Positions 47,896 to 64,000 of a stretch of 64,000 bases of DNA are shown here, piece after piece. Where the stretch lies: assembly GCF_009914755.1 (NCBI RefSeq), contig NC_060942.1, one strand, 5' to 3'. The notes beneath the pieces are model-generated. The model was not told the DNA's origin. It did no database searches and worked only from the letters and a program-made list of their open reading frames with translations. This stretch comes from the human T2T-CHM13v2.0 reference genome, Homo sapiens. The position numbers were made by a program, and so were the translations under genes. Positions within the stretch are counted from its first letter, which is position 1. Each line of letters begins with the position of its first letter.

Positions 47896-49860
47896 GTTCA
47901 ATAGAACTCTGATCTGAGGCAACAATTCAATTCAAAAATACAACGCTGTTTTTCTGGTTTATAATGTATCTTCATATGAATGAGCTGCCATCCCAAACTA
48001 ATTAAAACATCAGTTGTAAACCAAACTTGGCAATTTGATTACTTACTAATCTGAATAAAGCATCGCAAAGGGCAAAGGGCACATAACTGTATGCATAAAT
48101 CACGAGAATTTCTCCAATTTTAATGAATCATGTTTTTAGGAGATAAGCCACAGTTAAAAGTTAGTTTATGTGCCAATTAAGGGAGCTGTAATCATAAATA
48201 ATTTGCCTATGCCTGGAATAAAATTTAATCAATTTAGAATCATTTCCTTTTCATCTGTGCAAAGAAAAGACTACCAACTTATTTATGTAATTACCAAGAA
48301 TTTGAAAAAATAAAAAGTATTAGAATTCAAGGACTAGAGTAGAACCGAGCATCAACTGGCAATCTAACATGAACTAATAATTCAGGCACTTCTATAGGTG
48401 CTGCTTAGCCCTTGAAATGTCTCCTGTATAGCCAAGAAGACTAATGAAAGATAAAGATCTGTTATGAGTTTTGCTAAGTCTCACAGAATACAGAGAATAA
48501 AGAAATTCTGTAGATTTAATTGATTTTATCCCCTTGATACCCCTGGCTTCTCAAAATGGTACCAGGCCCCTTTGTTGTAGACGTTATCTGACTTAATTTT
48601 TCCATTAGGATCAAATTGTTATCAAGAGCCAGAAGTGTGGGTACAAAATGAGGTAAAATGTCTAAAGGTAAAATAATGCAAGTTAAGGCTCAGTTAGAAA
48701 AGCCAAGAAAAGCATTTAGATGCTTTGTTTTATTCATGAGACTGTGCCAGCAATCACTGACAGAAATGAACCAGTCAGGAAATCTCAGCCAAAGCCAAAG
48801 ATTTCTCGAGAATTCAGTCTTCTCTCTTGAGCATAGCTGTGTCATGCAACCTAATAATAAAGTCCAGAAACCATATTTTTCATAATTTTATGACAATACA
48901 CAGACATGTTCAATGCAATAATGACTGTATTAATAGAAATCAAAGCATAGCCCTCTGTCTCTGAATATAACAGAGGCAATGAAAACTTGCAGCCTGCACA
49001 ACTGTTCTAAACTTTAAGTAGCAACAGAATTCAATAGTGTAGGAAGGGGTGATCAGAGTTTAGGAAACCTCCTCTCATGGTTGCTTAAGCATTCATTTTT
49101 CCAGCTCTTCATTTTTCCTTAATTTTCCTTTTAAAGCCACAGAAGCACTAAAGAAAGTTTGGGAAATAATTAAAGATCATCACCCATATCCCTGCCACCT
49201 TAAAACAATTATCACTTGTAATATTCTCATATAGTCTTAGTTTTTCATATATATAAAATGCCATTTTTTACATCAATAGGAATATATTACATGCACCTTG
49301 CTTTTTTTCACCTAAAATGTTTCTTAGAGAGAATTTAATATTGGCATGTAGAGCTGTCTCATTCTTTCTAACAGCTACGTATTTGTTTGATGTATGGATG
49401 TAGCATAATTTATTTACCCAATTCTTACAGAATAAAATGAATTGGGTACATTTTGCTGTGACAAATAATGCTGCAACAAGCATTCTAGTACTTAAATCTT
49501 TATGCAGATATGCAAGATATTGGTGGGATAAAATCCTAGATGTGGACCTTTCACTTGAAGCTTTATGTAATTAAAGTCATTGAATAGACACATAGCATCT
49601 ATTCAATTTTGCTTCCTGGATATCTCATATTGGATATTACACACAGTGAACATTTTCCGTGGTGTTGTACAGCCTCCAAGATTAAAGTTTTAATGGTTTA
49701 TTATTTCTTATTATGCGGATACACTCAACCTTTCCTCTATTGTGAGACAGTTCAACTGTTTCTAATTATTTGCCTCATAAAGAATGCAATGACTATCCAC
49801 ATCCCCTGTGTCTTACCCTTGGCCCATTTGCGCTGTCTTCTCACTGCATTTTTCTTCACA

Positions 49861-49915
49861 GGGAGAGGCACCCCCATTCTAGAACATGGGAGAGGCACCC
49901 CCATTCTAGAACATG
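49861..49915. repeat. Perfect 27-bp tandem duplication (gggagaggcacccccattctagaacat)x2
   Basis: Directly visible. Confidence 0.95.
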
Positions 49916-50483
49916 CTCCAGGTCCCCATGACCCTGGAATTCCCTAATTGAACCCCAGTCCAGTTTCTAGGCCCATGCATCCCTTTTCCCAGCATGCCAG
50001 GGGTGGCTGTTTGGGGAGGTGCAGAGGGATGTGGAACTAGGGCTGCCACCTGGGTCTCCACTTGCATGCAAACAAGGCCTATGTCCAGTAGGACATAAGC
50101 TAGGAGTGGCAGGAGAAGCAGGGAGCAGTCCCTGGACCTCCATTTATACTAGCTTACCCAGGCCCCCTAAATGTTGGAATGGTTCTGCTATGACACCCTT
50201 ACCTTCTTTTCCCAGATTCAATAGAGTTCTCTAAAGTAGACCGCTGGATTAAAAATAAAACCGATCAACCAACCAACAACAACAACAAAAAACCCAAAAC
50301 TTCATTTTCCAAAGTTATTTGTAAACTTACCTCTTTTGCACACCTGTTATATATTGCCAAAATTTATCATTTGCGAAATTTAAAGACCTGTGCCATGAGA
50401 GATGATTTGAAATTGCAAAAAGGACAGTGTCAGGGGGAGCAGTTGACTTCACTTCTGATCTGTACTATCAAAATCCTGCTCTA

Positions 50484-50787
<304 letters not shown>

Positions 50788-51065
50788 CACCTTGCTCTAT
50801 GAATTAGAGATCACTTTTCATGCCTGCATTTTGTTTATTTTTTATTGTTTATTTTTTTTTGGAGATTTTATTATATGAACTCCAGTGTCCTTTTTTATTT
50901 TTAATTTCTATGATTCTACATAACCAATTCAAACTTAAATTTTAAAATGCATTACTTTTTGTTCAAGCTCCTGGAGACTTTTACTGATCCCCCTATTTTG
51001 TATACAAATGTTTGGGTGTTTGTTCTTCGCTTTTCATAGTTCATTTGAACTTGAGTTCCTCTTAC

Positions 51066-51162
51066 GTGAAGAACATTATGGTGAAGAGAACAAAGACGAA
51101 ATGAATGGCTTCTCTCTCAAAATAGTTATAATGAGGCTCACATTAAAAATGAGGCTCACAAC
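51066..51162 (-). pseudogene. Tentative relict exon equivalent to SELENOI exon 6
   Basis: ag|VVSLIFNVSLIITILREKPFI..(frameshift)LFTIMFF|gtaaga versus [30 protein letters not shown]. Order and length mod 3 fit, but the polypyrimidine tract is poor and there is a local 18-bp-period duplication. Confidence 0.4.
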
Positions 51163-51562
51163 CTGACACTTAGCTTTTCTACTCCTAGGCAAACAGGGGG
51201 CAATGTACATCTAGTGCTAATTAAATTAAATACCCAAATACTGGGTTTTCAACAAACACAAACAAATTCAGAAGAGTGAACTATACTACTTTACTTGGAA
51301 TATCAATGACAGCCTAAGTAACAGAAGAATAAACCTGGATAACAGTGGATGGTAACTACATAGTATAACTATTGGCCAATTTGGAGAATTTGGAACATAA
51401 TCAATGAAACAATATCAATATTTACCATCCTAATTTTAAGTGACCTCCAAAAAACAACATGATGTTACATAATCCCTTTTTACTCTTTATAAATTATGAG
51501 AAATTCTTAAATTATGTTTTCTGTAAATTGTTAGCAGAAACATGATTTTCCCTGAGTCTTGC

Positions 51563-51733
51563 TGCTTGGTATAGATCATAACCCTAAGGAAAAAAGGAGC
51601 CTCCAGTGTTGTCCTTCTCTGGTGGGAAGTTAAATAAGACAGTGCTCAGGAAGGGAACATCGTATGCACAGACATTTGTTCTCTCAACACAGAACTAGAC
51701 TGAGATCTCCTCACATGCTTCTATCTATGGAAT
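51563..51733 (-). pseudogene. Relict exon equivalent to SELENOI exon 5 (CDP-alcohol phosphotransferase motif)
   Basis: Acceptor ttctttttcattctag, then (D)SID-x-KHVRRSQSSSVLRE [deletion] MSVHTMF-x-FLSTVLFNF..EKDNTGGSFFP*GYDLYQA. SELENOI reads DGVDGKQARRTNSSTPLGE...[30 protein letters not shown]. The donor has decayed to gcaaga and the LFDHGLD part is deleted. Confidence 0.9.
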
Positions 51734-52276
51734 CTAGAATGAAAAAGAATTTTAAAAAGAAGTCGAACTCGAGAATGTTTAAAAGAATTCTACTTCGTGG
51801 ATTTTTACAGTCAATACAAAATAGTCTTATGGTTCTTTCAGCATATATACTTAAATTCAGCCTATTAAAATAGTATAATATGAATTAAACTTATTAACCA
51901 AAATTAAGAGTACATGGTGCTAAAACGATTGGTTGATTCAGTGGCAGTATTTATAAGTACACTATAAACAATTCCCCAACTGGCAATCATCTTTAGAAAC
52001 TTTAAATTTTTGATGTGGCTCAAGTCTGACTCTAAGCTTTTGGGTTTTCCATCTTAAAAAGCTCCCCTCCCTTACTCCCACATTGCCGCCCACTACATTA
52101 TAGAAACATTCTCATATAGCTTTATTTGTTACATTTATATCTTTATTGCATCCCACTCGTCTGTATTTGAACAAGCATTGCAAAAAGATACACAGCAGAC
52201 TGTTAACTTTGGTTATCTAGACTTTGCCTTTATACTGTATAACTGGATCTGTTATAATATATATATGTATTGCTTA

Positions 52277-52663
<387 letters not shown>

Positions 52664-53934
52664 CTATAAATGTAAACATTACCATGTTCACCGCCAAAAT
52701 GAGAAAAAGAATAACATAAAACAATTCACTGGGGAATATTCAAATGTAAAAGCCAAATATTAATCCAGATTCTAAATAACCAGTCCTTGTAAACTATAGA
52801 ATAGTAACTTTTTTCTTTTCCCTCAAATGATTTAACCAAATGGAACAATAAATAAACCCATATTCCATGCCAGATAAAATTAAACTGTGGTTCACCTAAA
52901 GATCAAGCTTAGGCTAATTAGTAAAAGGGGCCAGACCAGACGGTGATAACCAGCCCGACGGAAAGAGAAGCACATGATTAAGCAAACAGATGGCCACTTG
53001 CAATTTAATGAGCAGACACTTTGATTTGGTTTGATGGCCCAACTAGGGAAGGCCTTTAGCTTAAGCTTTTCCCTTGAGAGCGCTGTATGGCTGGACTCCA
53101 GTGATTTGTTCAGGTTTGAGCCCTTTTCCTCCCAGAAATGGCTTCCACAATTCATAAAAAGCTTACTGTTTATATCAAACAAGCACAGACCAGGGCTCCA
53201 CACTCCTTTAGATGGCATGCTAACTTACTCTTCACTTCTGGCCTCCGGAAAAAGCCCAGTGGAAGGAAAAAAAAAATGCTTTTTCATCTTCCAGTGATCT
53301 TGTTTAAAAAAAAAAAGATTCCACAAAACTATATCTTACTTAAATCATTTCAAGACCCACCTTAAGTCAGTGTTAGCAAAAATTTGTTGACAGCCATATG
53401 AAGGTAGAATCAGGCCACGGGATAAGGCCCAAGGATAGAAGTGGATGAATTCAGGAGAGAGAAACAAGGTACAGATTTAAGAAGGGGCCAGAAACATGCC
53501 TTCATGTATTTCTTAATTTTGTTTAAAATGAGCACATCCTGTACCATTTATGATCAGCTCCAAAAGGTCTTCCCTGGAGCGAACTGTCCATACAAATAAA
53601 AAAATGCCTGTTTATTAAATTGCAAGTGGCTATCATATATAATAGAAATTCCAAACAAAGTCATAGATATTTCTGACAAGGTATAAGCAGAATATATACA
53701 CCTTTTTAAGTATACTTTTTAATATACTTTTTAAGTATATTCTCTTTCATGTAAACATTTATAAAAACCAGGTGAAGAAACAAATGTGTAGAAAAGGAAT
53801 TATGGCTCAGTCCAGCTATGAATTTTTCAAGGGGTTGCAGCTCAAAAAGTATTTAAATAAATAAAAACTGGTGGTTTTTAAAGTTAGTCTGAAGTTACTG
53901 CCATAGTCTCTTGGGTTTTGTTTTTGTTTTTGTT

Positions 53935-54190
53935 TTCTAGATTTATATATATACAAAGCTAGGGAATGTAAAGAATATAATACATATTATAATATATAAT
54001 ATAATATATAATAAAATATATATTGTATTCTTTTTCTAGCTTTATATATGTACATGTGTTACATATTTATATATGAACATATATAAAGCTAGAAAAGGAA
54101 TATATATTTAACTGTATATATAAAATAAATATATGAAATAATATAATACATACATAATATATATTTAATCATACACATATATATATTTCT
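53935..54190. repeat. AT-rich low-complexity region with inverted repeat
   Basis: Perfect 20-bp arms at 54032-54051 and 54077-54096. Confidence 0.85.
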
Positions 54191-55099
54191 CTGTATTAAT
54201 TCCCCTTAAAAACCAAAATTTTCCAAATTATTTCTCCCAGAGTCAATATCCTTTTCATTCACAGCAAGTTCTAAGTTGAAGACTTACAAATTAACACTCA
54301 AACATTTTTTTCCCAAATAACTTCACAAACATGTTAAACAGGAAAAGGAAGTTAGAGTTAGGAATTGTGAGGCTATAAGAATTTTTCTTTCCTAAAGGAT
54401 TGGATATGACTGCCAACAATTCCGTGGTTTTAGCTGCTTTCAAAAAAAGGAATGTGATAATAGCTCCTGGGTGGAATAATTTTGGCTGCACTTGATTAAA
54501 TCTAAGCTTAAAACTTACAGAGAACAGCTTGGACTGCATTTCTTTTTTTTTTTTTTTAAGAAACAGCATTGCATTTCATTTTACTGTGTCTTTGCCAGAT
54601 TTGGGCCTTTGGGGAGTCTGGCACTAGATTAGACACTAACAAAGCGAGCTGTAATACCCTGGGTAATATGAGTTACATAACTCCAATCAACACTAATGAG
54701 TGTGTGTCTCTCTAAAACCCTGCACGTGTAATTTTGGAAAGGAGTCCTAAATGATTTTAAGGCCCCTTCCTTTCACAAAGCGCTATCTTATTCAGCTCCC
54801 AGAAAGTAATCATTCCAAAAAGCACTAGGCATACCCAGCTGGTATTTTTGTTTGTATTCTATTGTCTTTTTCTTTTGGTAAATAAATCATCTTCATTCCC
54901 TAGAAAAGCATCTACATTTTGCATCCAATATCTTAAACTTTGTTCTTGACATTTTTCTGGTGACTTCAAGACACATGATTTTAACACCACCAGTGAGAAT
55001 TTTCGAATACTTGAAAAAAATCAACTATATATTAGAGAGCTCCTCAACTCTTTGTTTTTCAAATTCTAATACAAATAATATTCAATACTAAATATTGTT

Positions 55100-57043
55100 C
55101 TATTAGTTTCTGGGTCCAGTACAAGATGGATTCCTCCCCACTCCTTCTGCTAAGTATGGCTAGAATCTCTGGATATTATATATTAAATACACATAAAAAG
55201 ACTCTGAAAGGTAGAACAAAAAAAAGCAGCCTGTCTATGGACCACATGATCCAAGAAAGATGCAGTGATAAGTTTCTTGGGTTTTCTTTTTCTTCACGTA
55301 TTCCAGACGTGGAGCTGGAAAAGCCAGCAGCTTAGAAATACCAAACATCCCAGAAAAAAACAAACAAAATCTCTCAAGAAAAGCAAGCACTCTCTAGCCA
55401 AAAGACCTAGAAGAAGCAGCCTAGAAGGAGAGAAAACTTTTTTGGACAATAACTCTCAACTCCAACCAAACACCATGAAAAAAAAATGTGAACCCCACCA
55501 AGCTCCATTAGCAAAGGCCAAAGGGCAAATGGGAAGCCTACACTTCCATCTGCATCCAGCTGTAATAAGGTATCACTCCCTCTGCCAAGCCTGTGTCAGA
55601 GAAGAACAAGTGGGGAGCTGGGACTTTCATCCCTGCTTGACAGTAACAAGGTACTCTTCTCTCTACTCAGGTAGTTTCAGAGAAGGCTGAATGAAAAGCC
55701 TGGACTTTCACCAGCACCCAGAGTTGATGACACCCCCAACAATACAGCATCAGTGGAGGCCACCTGGAGAACAGTAACAAGATGCCCTTCCCTGTCCCAG
55801 CCAGCGTGGTGTCAGCAGAGGTCTAGCAAGAAGACTGAACTCCCATCTCTATCCAGCAGTAACAAGGCAGCCTCTCCATCCTGGGTGTCAACAAATGCCA
55901 AGTGAGGAACCTGGACTCCAACTCCAATATGGCAGTAACAAGGTGGTACTACTCTTGCCCCACCAGTGTGGATTCATAGGAGGCCTGCTGAAAATACAAG
56001 ATTTAAATAGGATCCAGAGTAGTCTCATAAAAAAATACCTAATATGTGCTGGATATAATTGAAAACTCACTCAACATACCAAGAACCAGGAAAATCTCAA
56101 CTTGAATGGGAAAAGATAATCAATAGTCACTGACACCAAGATGATACAAATGTTGGAATTATCTGACGAGAATTTTAAAACAGCCATCACAAAAATGGCT
56201 AAGAACCCACTTGAAACAAATGAAAAATACAAATGAAATAAAGCAAGTCTCAGCAAAGAAACAGAAGATATAAAGGAGAACAAAATGGGAATTTTAGATC
56301 TGAAAAATATAATAACAAAAATTTTAAAACTTACCAGATGGAATGAACAGCAGAATGGAGAAGACAGATTAAAGAATCAGTGAATTTGAAGATAGAGCAA
56401 TAGAAATGACCAATTTACCAATCTGAACAACAGAGAAAAAACAGACTGAGAAAAAGATGAAGCAAATTTAAGAATTTGTGGGACTATAACAAAAGATCTA
56501 ACATTCATGCAACGGTGGTCTGAGAAGGAGAGAGAAAAAAGGGCAGAACTGAAAAGGTAGTTTTTAAATGTATGCCTAAAAATTTCCCAAAGTTGGCAAA
56601 AGACATAAACCTACAGATTCAAGAATGTAAATAAACTGTAAACAGAATAAACACAAAGAAATCTACACCATGACACAGAATGGTCAAACTGAAAACTAAA
56701 GATAAAGAAGAAAGTCTTGAAAGCAATTACAGGAGAAAACATCTTACCTATTTTGGGTGGTGAATGGAAGGTGGTGGAAGAAACAGTTTCATTGACAGCA
56801 GATTTATCATGAGAAACCATGGAGGCCAGAAGGAAATGGCACAATATTTTTCAAATGCTGAAAGAAAAAAACCCCTTATCTAGTAAAAATATCCTTCAAG
56901 AATGAACAAGAAATCAAGATAGTCTCGGATGAAAGAAAAGTAAGAGAACTTATTGTTAGCAAACCTTCTCTAAAAGAATAGCCAAAGTTTTTGAAACAGA
57001 ACAGAAATGATAAAAGGTATCTTGAACATCAAAAAGTAAGAAC
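55100..57043 (+). mobile_element. Ancient L1M 5'UTR/ORF1 remnant, interrupted by the young L1 and resuming at ~63106-63440
   Basis: Degenerate ORF1-like sequence (agaatcagtgaatttgaagatagagcaatagaaa; gaaaccatggaggccagaagg) and short GC-rich 5'UTR repeat units. Sequence continues across the TSD. Confidence 0.75.
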
Positions 57044-57061
57044 AAGAAAAGTAAAAATTGG

Positions 57062-57964
57062 GGGAGGAGCCAAGATGGCGGAATAGGAACAGCTCCGGTC
57101 TACAGCTCCCAGCGGGAGCGATGCAGAAGATGGGTGATTTCTGCATTTCCATCTGAGGTACTGGGTTCATCTCACTAGGGAGTGCCAGACAGTGGGCGCA
57201 GGCCAGTGGGTGCGCGCACCGTGCGCGAGCTGGGGCAGGGCGAGGCATTGCCTCACCTGGGAAGCGCAAGGGGTCAGGGAGTTCCCTTTCCGAGTCAAAG
57301 AAAGGGGTGACGGACGCACCTGGAAAATCGGGTCACTCCCACCAGAATATTGCGCTTTTCAGACCGGCTTAAAAAACGGCGCACCACGAGACTATATCCC
57401 ACACCTGGCTCAGAGGGTCCTACGCCCACGGAATCTCGCTGATTGCTAGCACAGCAGTCTGAGATCAAACTGCAAGGCGGCAGCGAGGCTGGGGGAGGGG
57501 TGCCCGCCATTGCCCAGGCTTGCTTAGGTAAACAAAGCAGCCGGGAAGCTGGACTGGGTGGAGCCCACCACAGCTCAAGGAGGCCTGCCTGCCTCTGTAG
57601 GCTCCACCTCTGGGGGCAGGGCACAGACAAACAAAAAGACAGCAGTAACCTCTGCAGACTTAAATGTCCCTGTCTGACAGCTTTGAAGAGAGCAGTGGTT
57701 CTCCCAGCACGCAGCTGGAGATCTGAGAACGGGCAGACTGCCTCCTCAAGTGGGTCCCTGACCCCTGACCCCCGAGCAGCCTAACTGGGAGGCACCCCCC
57801 AGCAGGGGCACACTGACACCTCACACTGCAGGGTATTCCAACAGACTTGCAGCTGAGGGTCCTGTCTGTTAGACGGAAAACTAACAAACAGAAAGGACAT
57901 CCACACCGAAAACCCATCTGTACATCACCATCATCAAAGACCAAAAGTAGATAAAACCACAAAG
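57062..57964. promoter_or_regulatory. L1 5'UTR CpG-rich internal sense promoter (YY1 site AAGATGGCG) and antisense promoter
   Basis: Complete 5'UTR with many retained CpGs; function inferred from established L1 biology. Confidence 0.75.
57295..57510 (-). CDS. L1 ORF0 (71 aa, antisense ORF in the 5'UTR), intact
   Basis: ATG at 57510; MAGTPPPASLPPCSLISDCCASNQRDSVGVGPSEPGVGYSLVVRRFLSRSEKRNILVGVTRFSRCVRHPFL* matches primate ORF0. Internal donors at 57403-57404 and 57318-57319. Confidence 0.9.
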   Translation of the reverse strand: MAGTPPPASLPPCSLISDCCASNQRDSVGVGPSEPGVGYSLVVRRFLSRSEKRNILVGVTRFSRCVRHPFL

Positions 57965-58981
57965 ATGGGGAAAAAACAGAACAGATAAACTGGAAACTCT
58001 AAAACGCAGAGCACCTCTCCTCCTCCAAAGGAACGCAGTTCCTCACCAGCAACGGAACAAAGCTGGATGGAGAATGATTTTGACGAGCTGAGAGAAGAAG
58101 GCTTCAGACGATCAAATTACTCTGAGCTACGGGAGGACATTCAAACCAAAGGCAAAGAAGTTGAAAACTTTCAAAAAAATTTAGAAGAATGTATAACTAG
58201 AATAACCAATACAGAGAAGTGCTTAAAGGAGCTGATGGAGCTGAAAACCAAGGCTCGAGAACTACGTGAAGAATGCAGAAGCCTCAGGAGCCGACGCGAT
58301 CAACTGGAAGAAAGGGTATCAGCAATGGAAGATGAAATGAATGAAATGAAGTGAGAAGGGAAGTTTAGAGAAAAAAGAATAAAAAGAAATGAGCAAAGCC
58401 TCCAAGAAATATGGGACTATGTGAAAAGACCAAATCTACGTCTGATTGGTGTACCTGAAAGTGATGCGGAGAATGGAACCAAGTTGGAAAACACTCTGCA
58501 GGATATTATCCAGGAGAACTTCCCCAATCTAGCAAGGCAGGCCAATGTTCAGATTCAGGAAATACAGAGAACGCCACAAAGATACTCCTCGAGAAGAGCA
58601 ACTCCAAGACACATAATTGTCAGATTCACCAAAGTTGAAATGAAGGAAAAAATGTTAAGGGCAGCCAGAGAGAAAGGTCGGGTTACCCTCAAAGGGAAGC
58701 CCATCAGACTAACAGCGGATCTCTCGGCAGAAACTCTACAAGCCAGAAGAGAGTGGGGGCCAATATTCAACATTCTTAAAGAAAAGAATTTTCAACCCAG
58801 AATTTCATATGCAGCCAAACTAAGCTTCATAAGTGAAGGAGAAATAAAATACTTTACAGACAAGCAAATGCTGAGAGATTTTGTCACTACCAGGCCTGCC
58901 CTAAAAGAGCTCCTGAAGGAAGCACTAAACATGGAAAGGAACAACTGGTACCAGCTGCTGCAAAATCATGCCAAAATGTAA
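57965..58981 (+). pseudogene. L1 ORF1p, disrupted by two nonsense codons
   Basis: ATG at 57965 (MGKKQNR), TAA at codon 8 (57986-57988) and TGA at 58352-58354 (CGA>TGA, R130). The rest is collinear with ORF1p to the normal stop. Confidence 0.93.
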
Positions 58982-59017
58982 AGACCATCGAGGCTAGGAA
59001 GAAACTGCATCAGCTAA

Positions 59018-62752
<3,735 letters not shown>

Positions 62753-63422
62753 AATTATGAGTTCATGTCCTTTGTAGGGACATGGATGAAACTGGAAACC
62801 ATCATTCTCGGTAAACTATCGCAAGAACAAAAAACCAAACACCGCATATTCTCACTCATAGGTGGGAATTGAACAATGAGATCACGTGGACACAGGAAGG
62901 GGAATATCACACTCTGGGGACTGTGGTGGGGTGGGGGGAGGGGGGAGGGATAGCATTGGGAGATATACCTAATGCTAGATGACGAGTTAGTGGGTGCAGC
63001 GCACCAGCATGGCACATGTATACATATGTAACTAACCTGCACAATGTGCACATGTACCCTAAAACTTAAAGTATAATAATAAAAAAAAAGAAAAGTAAAA
63101 ATTGGAGTAAATACAACAGATGTTCCTTTACCTCTTGAGTTTTCCAAATTGTGTTTGATTGTTGAAGCAAAAGAAATGTTAACATCATTTGATTTGTTTC
63201 TTAATACAGGTAGGGGAGATAATTTAAGATCATTACATGATAAATGGGGGTAAAGGGGCTTTTAAAAAGTAAGGTTTCTATACTTTATTTGAACGGTTAA
63301 ATGTCAATACCAGTAGACTACAATAGGTTGTATATATATATATACACATACATATATGTGTGTGTGTGTGATATAACACCTAGAGCAACCACTAAGAAAA
63401 CAAAACAAAGACATGCAATTAA

Positions 63423-63741
<319 letters not shown>

Positions 63742-63802
63742 AAATGTTATTTAAAAGTGTTTTAATAACTCACAATAAGGCAAAAGAGAAAAACAGAGGA
63801 AT

Positions 63803-64000
63803 TTGTCCTTTTGTGACTGGCTTATTTCACTTAGTGTGATGTCCTGATGGTTCATCCATGTAGTAGCATATGTCAGAATAGCCCTCTTTTTAAGACTGAA
63901 TAATGTTCTATTATATGGATACATCACATTTTGTCTATCTATTCATCCATGATGGACAATTGGGCTGCTTCCATGTTTTAGCTATTGTGACTATTGCTGC
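63803..64000 (-). mobile_element. L1M 3' region fragment
   Basis: tttgtgactggcttatttcacttag...ttcatccatg...gggctgcttccatgttttagctattgtga. Confidence 0.8.

Noticed and set aside
52896-52955. Candidate for pseudo-exon 4 (ends TTA G|gtgaac; ...LVWP...)
   Set aside because: No intact AG acceptor and peptide similarity too weak. Exons 1-4 were not located and may lie beyond the window or be destroyed.
54291-54392. Candidate for pseudo-exon 3 (IASQFLTLTSF with ag/gtaagt)
   Set aside because: Similarity to WLAPNLITFSGF is at chance level.

Overview
Primate (human-like) genomic DNA, dense in Alu, L1, L2, MIR, MaLR/ERV LTR and DNA-transposon fossils, with no intact host protein-coding gene. Most entries in the ORF track are repeat-derived. 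The main hidden signal is a decayed, intron-containing CDP-alcohol phosphotransferase gene on the minus strand, paralogous to SELENOI/EPT1 (ethanolaminephosphotransferase 1). Five relict exons (~51563-51733, 17640-17688, 16582-16731, 10599-10768, 5450-5509) and one tentative exon (51066-51162) lie over ~46 kb in SELENOI exon order (5,[6],7,8,9,10). Most splice sites are still recognisable, and most exons carry stops, frameshifts or deletions. Its terminal TGA falls in register with the selenocysteine UGA of SELENOI if one 1-nt frameshift is allowed. The window also holds a full-length ~6.0 kb young L1 (L1PA2/L1PA3 type, 18-bp TSD) with ORF1 killed by two stops, a near-complete 1235-aa ORF2 and an intact antisense ORF0. 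Its antisense promoter points into the pseudogene. An older L1PA 5' half occupies 1-3952 on the minus strand. Protein comparisons and repeat subfamily calls are from recalled consensus sequences, not database searches.
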